Source: Felis catus
Taxonomy: Eukaryota
Direction of reading: 5' to 3'
Assembly (NCBI RefSeq): GCF_018350175.1
Contig: NC_058385.1
Coordinates: 83,018,001-83,082,000 of the forward strand
Length of the DNA: 64,000 nucleotides
The position numbers and the translations under genes were made by a program. The notes beneath the pieces are model-generated. The model was not told where the DNA came from. It ran no database searches and worked only from the letters and a program-made list of their open reading frames with translations. Below are positions 14,167 to 42,230 of this stretch, piece by piece. Each line of letters begins with the position of its first letter. Position 1 is the first letter of the stretch.

Positions 14167-14328
14167 GACTAGGGATGCTGGGGCATGTGAGAGGGAGACT
14201 CTCAAAAGGCCTGGGGCTCTCTGGGTACCCAGCTACAGGTTCCACACTGGCTAGCAGACCCAAGGAGCTGAGATAGCCCAGGGGGCCAGCAGCCAGCATC
14301 AAGGGCCCGAGAGTAGGGGGGGTGGGCA

Positions 14329-18506
<4,178 letters not shown>

Positions 18507-20289
18507 GGTCATGCTGAGGCCCCTGTGCACTCTGTGCTCTGGGGAGGCCGCTGACGCCAGGGCTGGCTGGGGCTCTCGGGTCGCCTAGGGCCGGACTGGG
18601 GCTGGGCTCTGACCCGCCCGAACGCGTGAGGACCTCTCCCAGGTATTTTTCCTGCAGGGCTCTGTGATTGGCTGACTGAGGCACCTCAGGTTAACCATTC
18701 CAGCCACAGGTCCTCCCCGAGGTTGGAGCCACTGCCCATGGGGGGCAAGAGCTGGGCCCCTTCCTCTGCAAGGACAGCCTGGGCATCAGCTAGCTTGTCT
18801 GTGGCTCTGCAGAACTGTGGGGCAGGGCTGCGTTTTCTATGCCCGAGGGGTAACCCTCTCTCTAAGGTCGGCCGCCAACAAGGGGGGCCTGGGCCAGAGG
18901 TCCCCAACATTCCACCTGAGAGGCCTGAACACACCCCTGCCCCACTCCCCTCCCAGCCCCTTCCCTGCTTGGCTTCCTTGGTTCAGGCAGCTTAGACACC
19001 CTCACCCCACCCTCAGCCTTAGGTCCCAGTTGGGGGTGGGGAGGTGGGGCCCTCTTCTCCCATGCGTTGGGGAGTCCTCCTCCCCTTCCCAAACTCTGGG
19101 GAAAATGCCTGAGGAAATGGCCAAATCCCCACAGGACGTAAGGGGAGCCCACTGGGCCTTCTGCTTGCTGCCTCCTGGCAGAGGTCTCTTGGGCTTTCCT
19201 GGCAGGAGGAAGTGGGGCAGGATCCCAAGCTCCAGGCCCAGGGGCTCCAGGGAGGGCTGTGACTGCCAGCTCTGCACCCGCCCCTCCCTGTTGGCTCCGT
19301 CTCTGGCCTTTGAACCTCTTGGCTTATCTCTGCCTGGTTGGCAGGGGAGGGGCAGGCCTCAGGGAGCCAGCTGGCACCCCTGGACAGGTCTCAGGGCAGC
19401 CTTTGTGGGTTTTTTTTTTTTTTTTGCTTCCTGGAGGGAGTGTGTGGGCGTCCCCCTCCCCACCTGGTTCAGCTGGCCACTGACCCTGAGCCCTGTGAGG
19501 TGTGGTTGGGATGGAAGAGGTGAAGCCCTGGGGCAGCTGGGAGCCAAGGCCCAAGGGACTCTGTCCCCAGAGTCCCGTGGGCCCAGGGCAGGGCATCATG
19601 CTGAGGGCAGAGTCCTGGGCCTGAGGTCGCCCCCGCACCCCCACACATTCATGCTGGATGGCACCATAGTGTGATACCCCTGGGTCCTAAGAAGGGGCTG
19701 GGGCAGAGGAGATAGGAAGAGCCTGCCAGGGATTTGGATGATTCTTGGAACCCTGAGTCAGCAAGGAGGGAAGCTGGAGAGATTCAGGCACTTTGAAGAC
19801 TGTAGGCACAAACTGGCCTTTTTCCTACCCCACTGCACCAGGACCACGGGGCTGGCTGCAGCAGGAATTGGGGACCTGGCTGCTGCCTCAGGCCACCCAC
19901 TGCTCAAGGGTCTATTACTTCTGGGCAAAGATCTCAGACCAGCCTTCTAGGCTGGCCTTCCCAGGTCCCTGGGCTGAGTGGCAGAATTGCCTGAGCCATT
20001 GAGGCTTGTGGCTTGCACTCCCTGGGGCAGCCCCTTTGACCTCAGGAACTTCATGCTGGCCCATATTCCTTTGCTTCATGCACCCTCCACCTCTCCCAGC
20101 AGATGCCCTCCATCCCAGCCCAGAGCGGCCGCAGAAGGCATCACCAGTGCCCCTGCACATCTGACTGCCCCCTCCCTGGTGCTGGGGTCACCCTCTGGGT
20201 GCTGCACCCTCTCTTGTGTCCCTGGGCCCTTCCTACATCATCCCATCATCCAACACACACACTGCAGTCCCTCCTGTCTTCAAACACAC

Positions 20290-21005
20290 CTGTGTCCATA
20301 GCAGCACTAGTTCAACCTCCAAAACACAGAAACAACCCAGGTGTCCACTGAAGGATGGATGGATGAATGAAATACGGTCTACGTAATATAACGGGAACCC
20401 TGGCAGGCTCTTCCTATCTCCTCTGCCCTAGCCCCTCCTTAGGACCCAGGGACATCACACTGTGGTGCCATCCAGCATGAATGGGGGGTGGGGGGAGGGC
20501 GACCTCAGCCTTAAAAAGGAAGGAAACTTAGGGGCATCTGGCAGGCTCAGTTGGTACAGCCTGTGACTCTTGATCTCAGTGTCGTGAATTCAAGCGCCAC
20601 ATTGGGGATAGCACTTTAAAAAATTTTTGACACATGTACAACATGAATAAGCCAATCGCAAAAAAATAAACCCTGTATGACTCCACTTGTAGGAGGCACC
20701 TAGTCAAAATCTAGGGACAGAAGGCAGGATGGTGGCGGCCAGGGGCTGGGGAAGGGGAACGGGGAGCTAGTGTTTACTGAGGACAGTTTCTGTCTGGATG
20801 TGGTGATCGCTGTACAGCATTCTCAGTGCACTTCATGCCGCTGAGCTTTAAAACGTTTAAAATGGTCGGGGCGCCTGGCTGGCTCAGTCGGTAAAGCGTG
20901 TGGCTCTTGATCCCAGGGTTGTGGAGTTCAAGCCCCACAAAAAAAAAATAAAATCTTTACCAAAAAAGGCAAATTTTATGTTGCGCTTAACTACAATAAA
21001 AAGAA
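20290..21005 (+). mobile_element. L1M 3' end fragments with two short Can-SINEs (about 20530-20620 and 20868-20955)
   Basis: L1 3' UTR-like text (aaacaacccaggtgtccactgaaggatggatggatgaatgaaat; gggaacggggagctagtgtttactg). Confidence 0.75.
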
Positions 21006-22743
21006 AAAAAACGTATCGACCAAAACAACCTCCGTTGCCCCTTCAGCTGCCATCGACATCAGGATCTGGGGTCTCTGGCACTGGCAGTCTCTTCCGGGCT
21101 CCCCTGAAGCCCCCCCCCCCACCCCAATCCTGTCAAAGTCCCCAAGGGCTCCCCAGGCCTCTTAGTGGCGAGTTTCCCCATCTCAATCTGCCCTGGACCC
21201 AGCTATTTGTCCGCAGCTAGGGCGTCTCTGGGTTTCCTTGGCCCCAGCCATCCCTTCTTCTGCTCCTTTGTGCTGCTTCTATCCCCAACCTCCAAGTGTG
21301 ACAGTACCAGTCCCAGGGCCTCTTGGGTACAGTTCCTGGCACCTATCAGAGTGAGTTTTTGCCATGGAGCTAAAAAGCCTTCATCGTGTTCACTTCCTTC
21401 ATTCTGAAACTCCAGCTTCTGACGTCCAGCCACCCACCTGATGCCCTTGGCCAGCTGACACAATTAGATTCCGCCTGTGCCGACAGCTCTGGCCACACCC
21501 TCACGGAGCCCCTCTGGGTGCAGGTGTCCACATGTCCACAGGAGCTCCTCCGTCTAGCTGTTCTAGTGCAAGGCCTGGGTGTTCACTGCACACCGCATCC
21601 AGCCCAGCAGCAAACACTGTGGGTGTGACACACAGCACGGCCCACACGCAGAACCGAAGGACCCTTCTCTGCCCCCCCAACCCCCACCGGGCCAGGCCCC
21701 CCATGCCAGTCGCCGCTCTCTGCTGTCTTTCCCTACTAAGACCCAAAGGACATGGGGCACACCTCCGCTCTGAGGCCCCCGCTGGCATCCAGGGCTCCAG
21801 GTACAATCCCAAGTCCTCACCTGGCCTCTCTGCCCCCCTTCTGCCAAATGGCTCTCTACTCCTCTCTTCCTTGCCGACTCTGCTATCCTTGACCCCCTGC
21901 CCCGTGCAAAATGGCACCTCCCCAACTGGCAGCCAGTTCACACACAGACTTTATCACCATCCGAAATACTACACACCTTACTTGATTGCCTTTAATGCTA
22001 CAGACATCCAGAAGTACTACTAGGAAAAAGGAATGCTACAATTAAGCTCTAGCCTGTCCCTCATCCCAGTGCCATAGTTGCCAAAACGTGACACGATGCA
22101 CCCCGGAATCCAGAGCCTTGGTCTGTGGCTTGCTGCCAGCTGCCTGTGAGGAGGTGGCTGTGACACCGGGGGCCAGGGCTTCTGCAGGGTTGACAGCCCC
22201 TGGCCTCGCAGCAGGTGCAGTAAACACTGGTAACTGAGCCAGCATTGGCCTGTGAACACCCGTGTCCCCACCCGAGGACTGTTGCTTCCCCCACCTGACC
22301 TTGCTCCTGAACAAGGGACACCCTCTGTGGTGGGCAGGACAAACTGTCTGTCCCGTGAGTCATCTACTGGGGCCCCGGTGAACCACTACAAGGACAAGGC
22401 CCTGCGCTGGCCTGTGGCGTCCCCCAGGGCAGGGACAGGTACCGGGGGCAGCACAGCAGTGCTCCGGCCCCCCAGCTGCTTAGAGCTCTCAGGTGAAGGG
22501 TGGGGAAGCGGATGTGAAAGGCAGCCTCCTCTGTGGTCAGATTCAAGCCTTACCTGGCCCCTGCTCCCAATCACCCAGGGAAGCTGGCGTCAGACCCTTC
22601 CCTGAGGAACGGGCCGCACGTTCAGAGCCTCTGTGCTCCAGCGAGGCAGGATCCCACCCGAGGCCCAGAGGGAAGACAAAAAGGCAGGGCAGGCCCGGCT
22701 GGGGGAGGGCAGCCACAGCAGGCATGGGGGGTGAGAAAGCATC

Positions 22744-22749
22744 TTTATT
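22744..22749 (-). terminator. VPS28 polyadenylation signal AATAAA
   Basis: tttatt on the plus strand, about 170 nt past the stop codon. Confidence 0.8.
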
Positions 22750-22920
22750 GTGGGGAGGGCAGGGAGAGAGCTCTGGGGTGGACGGACACACAGACGGAGG
22801 AGCTGCTATGAACAGCAAGGCGCATGCAGACCATCCAGGGGTCGAGCGTGGAGCGCAGCTGCAGCCCCTCCACCGGGCCCACCGGAGAGCCTTCCTCCCC
22901 AGATCCCGGGACAGGGGGCC

Positions 22921-25900
22921 TCAGGCATGCAGGAAGCGGTTGAAGGCGTTGTAGGCCGACTCCAGGTCAAAGAGCATCTGGCGCACCTGGGAGTCATCTA
23001 GCTCATCAGAGGCCGACATGCCGCTCAGGGTCTGCAGCCTGTGGGAGCACAGCACTGAGGTGTGTGCACGGGAGGGGCTTCTCGGTCCTTGACGGGGCAG
23101 GGAAGTCTCCGGCAGGGATGCTCACCACTGGCTGACGGTCTGGCGGCCCTCAAAGTCGGGGGGCAGGTGGCTCATGCGGTGCATGGTCTCCATCAGCTCC
23201 CGCAGATCAGGCTGGATCTGTGGACAGGACGCTCGGCTTCCTCTGCCAGGAGCCCTCTCCTACCCCCGCCCCTGCCACTCCCTTCTCCAAGCCACCCCTC
23301 CATCCCTCTGTCCCCTCCGGGAGCCGCACCTCATCCATGGCACGGATCTCCAGGCGCAGTTTGTCCATAACCGTGATGAAGAGCTGGGAAGAAGTGTGTG
23401 TGTGAGGTACCACAGACCCGCTGTAGGGGCTCAGGGTGGGGGATTCCTTGCAGCTCGCGGGCCTGGTTCCTCTGCGGGGCCAGGCCCAGGTCAGCCCCCA
23501 CCCAGCCCGTCTGGCCCGTTGTCTCCCTCCTCAGCCTCTCTCCTTGGCTATCTGGTCACTGGGTCCCTGCTGGACCCCCCTGTTCCCATAGCCCATGAGC
23601 TCTCCTCTAGGCCACCTGGCCCACAGGGTTTTGGCTAGGCCTCCTGGAGCTGTGGGTGCATGGGAACCCTGGCTGCACTGACCCTCGGTGCCTCCCACAG
23701 GGGTCTCTCTTGGATGCCGCCCAGGGAGAAGGTCCTGCCCACCCCTCATTCCTAACTATGAAGACCCCCTCCCCGTGTGTGTGAGGGCTACGCAGCCCTG
23801 GGAGCCCCGGGCTTCTGTGTACACGGTGGCCACGGCAGGCAGCGTTGGCCCCCCTGACCTCTCGTAGGCCCCCGAGGCCGCAGGAGCCCCCCTGGCCCCT
23901 CATAGCTCCCCGAGGCCGTGGGAGCGCACCGAGACCACGTCTGCAATGCAGCGGTTCAGGTTGCCCTTGTCATCTTTGATGGTGATAGGACGGTCCTCTT
24001 TGATCCTCTCCATGGCGAGTGGGCAGTCCAGCTGAGGGAGGGCGGGTACCATGGGTACTGGGCCTCACGGGGCAGGTGGCCAGACCCTCCCCAACAGCAC
24101 CCACACCTCCCGCCTGCTGTTCCCCGGGAAATGGAGGGGCCAGCTCACTCACACGGAACTTGCGGCAGAATTCATCAATGGAGCTGATTTCTGCGCCCTG
24201 AACCTGCCGGAAGGCGGCTTTGTACTGGACCAGGAGCCGAGAACAGGCTGCAGTGTACCTAGGGAGAGGGCCAGGCTGCTGCCCTCAGTACAGGCTAGCC
24301 CTGCCCACACCTCCTCTCTCTCTCGGCCCATCCAGACACAGGGCAGCTCTCAGAGAGATCAGAGATGGGCCACGAAGGCTGAGGCTTCCCTTGGAGTCTA
24401 AATACAAGACCTTGGGAGGACAGTAAGCAGAAGAGGGAAGTGGCCCAAATATGGCTGGCTGCCACACGGGATGAGCCCAGACCCAGGCAGAAGCCTGGCC
24501 AGCCCCCTCTTCTGGAATACACTGGCCACACCTCCACGTCGACAGCTTGTGGACCTACAAGGCAGGCCTATCTCACTGAACAAAGGCCCCATGTATCTCC
24601 TAAGTGCCAGGCCTGGCCAACAGCGCCTCACATGCTGATCTCCCTGACCCTTCTGCTTGCCTTCTGAAGCCCTTTTGTCAATGAGGACATCTGTGCCCAG
24701 GGAGAGCCCCCAGCACAGGGGGAACCCCTGACCAAGGTGGTAGACAGGTCTCTCCTCCTGAGACACTTCTGTACCACGACCAGGACTTCCTGGCTGAGAC
24801 GGTGCCAAAGCCACAAGCACCCAGGGGCAGCCTCCTTGTGCTGGGTGGTTCCCACAGGAGTGGACCCCCTCACAGCCTGGAGGAGGCAGGATCCATACGA
24901 ATCCCCAGCTCAGGCCTCAGACCCCTGCTCTTGCTTCCTCCTGAGCACCCATGCCCTGGAAGGCAGAAACAAGCTTCCACAGACTGGCTCTTATCACCGG
25001 TGCAAGGTCAGTGGGCTCTCACTCGTTGGGGGTGACGCAGTCCTTGATGTACGCCTTCTCCAGAGCCTGCATTGTCTTCACAACCGCAAACAGCTCCGCC
25101 ATGTTGTCATATCTGAGGACAGTGTGTCCATCAGGCCACGGCTACCAAAGCCCAGGGAGGGCACTAGCCCTCCCAGGGTGAAGCTGTGGCAGGGCTCTGC
25201 ATTTCAGCGGCCTCTCCCCCCCTGCCCCAGCAGAGGCTCCTTGGGAACTGTTTCGCCAGCCTGACCCCAGAATGGGGGTGGTCCAGAGGTTGGGGGAAGT
25301 TACTCAGGGGAGGCAGGTGAACATGGTGTGTGTGTGTGTGTGTGTGTGTGCGTGTGTGTGTGAGAGTGTGTGTTGGGTGGGGGCAGTCCAGGGGCGGGAC
25401 TCACTTCTCCCGTTCCCGGGCATTCTTGTACAGCTTCACCTCCTATTGGAGAGAGGACAGCGTGTCAGCCCATGGTACCAGGGTGGCTGCGGGGACTAGG
25501 TGAGGCTCACACAGGCGCTGGCCAATGCTGGCCAGGTGGACATCTGCCACTCACCTCATATAGCTCCGGCTTGTTTCCAGGGGCTGCAACAGAGCAGAGG
25601 GCTAGCAAGCTGGCCGCAAAGGCAACCCCAGGGGGCTTGTCCACTGGCCCTAATCCCAGCCCCATTTCATTAGCCCACCCAAGGCCTCACCCTGTGAAAC
25701 ATCCCAAAGAGCCCAGAGGGAACTGGAAGATAGAATTCTACTCCCAGCACCCCACCAACTTGTCGCGGGGTGGGGGACCTGAGCACATGACACTCCTCTG
25801 GAGCCAGGGAGACACATGCCAGGCCTGGCTCCTCATTCCACTGCTGCTCCTCAGTTACCTCACTCTATAGCAGGGTCACCACACCTTGCTTACGGTGCAG

Positions 25901-26246
25901 GGACAGGGCACAAATGATGTTTGTCACATGCTTTGTGACCTTTCCCCTGGCTTGACTCCAGGATACCCAGGACCCCCTGAGGTTCCAGCCACACTAAAGC
26001 TCTTATCTTTGTGCCAAGTGGGTCCCACCTGGAGGTCATCTCTGGGCCCCCTGGTGATAAACTGCACCAGTCCCTAGCTGCCCACTGAGGCTTGTATGGG
26101 GGAGACACTTATAGCTCCTCCCCCACCCCCCCCCAACCCTTGGCTTCTGCAGCAGGGCCTGAAAGCCTGGACCCTCTGGGTCCCTGGGTCCAGCTTGGGC
26201 CACACTCACCTCCCATGCCTGGAGTGGCTGGGATCCCGTGAAACAT
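22921..26246 (-). CDS. VPS28: ESCRT-I subunit VPS28, 9 coding exons, 221 aa
   Basis: Exons (minus): 26246-26210, 25583-25555, 25442-25405, 25112-25023, 24258-24153, 24031-23930, 23383-23330, 23217-23126, 23038-22921; total 666 nt. [35 protein letters not shown]...[23 protein letters not shown]...[16 protein letters not shown]. Exon 2 acceptor at 26277; probable non-coding exon 1 ends at 28586. Confidence 0.98.
25326..25372. repeat. Imperfect (GT)n microsatellite in VPS28 intron 4
   Basis: Read directly. Confidence 0.9.
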
Positions 26247-26335
26247 CTTGTAGGGCTCAGGTGGCCACAGCAGAGACCTGGGAAGTAGAGCCAATGCCAA
26301 ATCAAAGGTGACCCCTAACACCCCTGGGTTTCATG

Positions 26336-26930
26336 TGCTGGACCTCATGAAGAGCTTCCCTGCCCTCAGCAGAGTCAGAGTCAGACAAGAGATAGCTGAG
26401 ATAGGGGAACTGAAGAACTTCATGAATATCTGCTTTTTTGCTTCCTTTTCTGCTTTTATTCTTGCTAGCACCTGTACCCCTGCCTTGCACACGCCTTATA
26501 GCACAAACGATATATGTCTACCTCGTAAAGGTCGAAAAGTTAATAATTTCTTTGGAGTCAGCACAGTAGATAACATCTGAAGAGTGACCGGGCAAGGCTG
26601 TCCTGTGCATATTCCAGGCCATTGACATGGGACTTTAGACATCTTGATGTCAAGACCCCCAGGATATGTCTTTGTCCTGACCAATGTCTGGATGCCTGAG
26701 AGGACATAACCCTCAATAAAAACTGCTGACCCCAATCAGAGACTCACTATTCTTTGCTTTCCGAATTTCCCAGATGCTCCCTCTGCTATGCTGTCAGTTG
26801 TGCTATTCAATAAACTCTGTTCTCACTTCCTTCAGGCTCACATTTGATTTCTAACCTGTGTGAAGGTAAGGACCCTCTTGGCTGGTCCAGCAGGGACCCC
26901 CTCTGAGCCCCTGGACCTGGCCTGCCTACA
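26336..26930 (+). mobile_element. Solo endogenous retroviral LTR (595 bp) in VPS28 intron 1, antisense to the gene
   Basis: TG...CA termini; perfect 5-bp TSD TCATG at 26331-26335 and 26931-26935; CCAAT about 26681, TATA-like AATAAAAA at 26715, AATAAA at 26809; AT-richer than flanks. Confidence 0.8.
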
Positions 26931-28099
26931 TCATGGTGATGAACACACAAGGTGTTATGTGCTGTGGTGAGAACACCAGTTCTGACCTAGAGACTGTCAG
27001 GAGGAAGTGGGTGCTGAGGAGCATCTCAGGAGAGGAGAGACCAGTGGTGAGGGGTGGGGGCGCACTGAAGGATGCAAGGCAGAAGATAAGAAGGTGGCAA
27101 GTTTCAGAAGACCAGGGGAGGAGCATTTGGGCAGAGAAAAAAGCGTAAATAACACAAGGCCTTTCAGAGGAATGCAGTGAGAGGGATAGACAAGCGGGGG
27201 ACAGAGCTTTCCGAATGAGGATGGAGGCGGAACCAAGGTACACAGCTCTGGCGATCAGAACTGAGTTTTATACTAACGCAGCGGGACTCACTGACAGATT
27301 AAACATAAGCTCTTGGGGGCTCCCAGGGGGGAAGTGGTCTGAGAAAGAACAAAAGCATGAGGCCGCTGGGAGGGTCCTGCCCACTCAGGTCGTTGATGCA
27401 GTGCCTAGAGTCAGTTTCAGCCATTCTTTGGACGTGAAACCAAACCCACTGAAGAAGTATTTGAAACAGAACGTTAGTTGAAAAGGAATCAAGAACAAGT
27501 CCCCTATTTCTGGCCCAATGACAGTCACGTGAGCTGAGTCGGAAGAGATGGAAAAGGAGCAGGCTCCCAGGAACGCTCGCCCTGGCGCTGTTGTGTGGGG
27601 TTCCAGAGGCTCCACAGTCATCCAGGGTGTGCTGAGGCAGTTCAGGCCAGAGGAGAGGCCAGGCTAGCTAGCACCGCTGACGCCTGACACTGGGGGTAGG
27701 TGGCGTCACACAGGGGACGATTAACAGGGGAACGAAGAGAGAAAGCAACCCAGGCTGGAGCCCTAGGGTACCCAGGGATCAGAGGGACCAGAGGGAAAGG
27801 GTTAAGGAGCACGTCTCCGAGGGAGGGATCTTGTCAGGGAAGGCAGATGCATTACAGAAGTCCAGCGGGTGGCAGCTGGGAGACTACTCAGCAACCTGTC
27901 CGGAGCTTCTAAGAGGGGGTGCCCGGGCGGAGAGGACTGAAGAGTGGAGAAATAAAGGAAAGAAAGCGCCTGCAGTTCTACGGTGGGATTCCACTCTGTC
28001 GCGAAAACGAATGTCCCCTAGCTACAAACGAACATATAGCTAAATCTCAGAGGCCGGACACTGAACCGAAAAGCGAGTTTCTAGATAATGCCCACATTT

Positions 28100-28800
28100 G
28101 ACTGTGTAGATGCCGCCCAGGCTGCCCCCGGGTCCAAGCGAGCAATGAGGCGCCCCGAGTGGGGCGGACCGTGGGGGTGAGGCCCGACCGGATGCGGAGG
28201 GTGCACGCGGGGTCCGCGTGCGGCTTGGGACGGACCGGCACCCGCGGGACACACCCGGGGCTCCCGCCCGCTGGGAACGCCGCTCTCAGGGGCGTCAAGT
28301 CCGTGGAAATGGCTTCGCAACGCCGGGCGCGGCCGGGACTAAAGAGACTACCCCAAGATGAGGAACGAGGTGCCTGGGCGCGAGGGGGACCCTGTGCGAC
28401 AAGACGACGCGCACGGACCTAGCCCAGCGGCCTTTTCCCATCCGGTTCAGCTGGCCCTTCCTAGTTCGCCCCACCCGGCCCGGGGTACCTGCGCTCGCTC
28501 TGCCGGTCGGGGGGACCCGCGGCGCCGCGCTCCCAATCGACCGCTCGGCGCTCTCTTTGACGTTTGCGCCTGCGCACGCATTTACCCCTAGCTCCCGCAA
28601 TCTACGCTCGATCACCAAGGTCTGCCCCTGAGCACACCTCCCTCCCAATCGACTACCACCATGACATCCGCGCCTGCGCACCCGGAAATGGGCGCGTCCC
28701 GACTCCTGGCCACGCCCGCGGCCGTACAACCCACAGGCGGGAAGGGGCTCCGGGAAAGGAGACTGTCCTCTCCGCGTAACCACCAAATGACCAGAGCTGC
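28100..28800 (-). promoter_or_regulatory. CpG island / VPS28 promoter and non-coding exon 1, with adjacent NRF1-type (CGCGCCTGCGCA, 28669-28680) and ETS (CCGGAA, 28682-28687) motifs
   Basis: CpG-dense; second NRF1-like motif near 28565-28576; donor GGG|gtaaat at 28586/28585. Confidence 0.8.
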
Positions 28801-28909
28801 GCCCAGTTCCAGCGGGCTCTCAGCTCCCCTACAGCAAAGTGAACCCCCGCTTTCCCCCTCCCACCCGCCTCCCAGGCAGCAGCGGGGGTGGAGGCAGCAG
28901 CGGCGATCG

Positions 28910-28915
28910 TTTATT
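28910..28915 (-). terminator. TONSL polyadenylation signal AATAAA (very short 3' UTR)
   Basis: tttatt about 42 nt past the TGA. Confidence 0.8.
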
Positions 28916-28956
28916 TGAGGCGAGGGTGGGTTGCAGGGCAAGGGCAGTGCCGCCTG

Positions 28957-41934
<12,978 letters not shown>

Positions 41935-41939
41935 CCTCC

Positions 41940-42230
41940 ATCAGCCGCGCGCGGGGATCCGGACTTCCCGCGTTCCCTGCCGCCGCCGCCGCCGCGGCTC
42001 CGCCCCCGCCAGGCGGGGGGCATCCCGGGAAATGTAGTCCAGCCGCCCGAGGCATCGTGGGAGCTGTAGTCCGGCTGACGTCGGGTCAGGAAGGACAGTG
42101 AGAGGGCGGCGGGAGGATCGACACCTCCGTAGACTCTTGGGGTCGCGTGGAAGCTGAGCCCCATCCTCACCCCTGATCCCGGCCCCGCAGCCGCCCTTGG
42201 GGTGCGGTCTCCTGCGCTCGTACTGCCGCT
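41940..42230 (-). promoter_or_regulatory. TONSL CpG-island promoter with two tandem ZNF143/THAP11-type SBS motifs and E2F-like sites
   Basis: Minus strand reads GGACTACATTTCCCGGGATGC (42040-42020) and GGACTACAGCTCCCACGATGCC (42072-42051). E2F-like TTCCCGCG near 41965 and GGCGGGA near 42107. Confidence 0.75.

Noticed and set aside
18817-19674. 285-aa plus-strand ORF upstream of SLC39A4
   Set aside because: GTG start, crosses a poly-T run, no recognisable domain; likely chance in GC-rich DNA.
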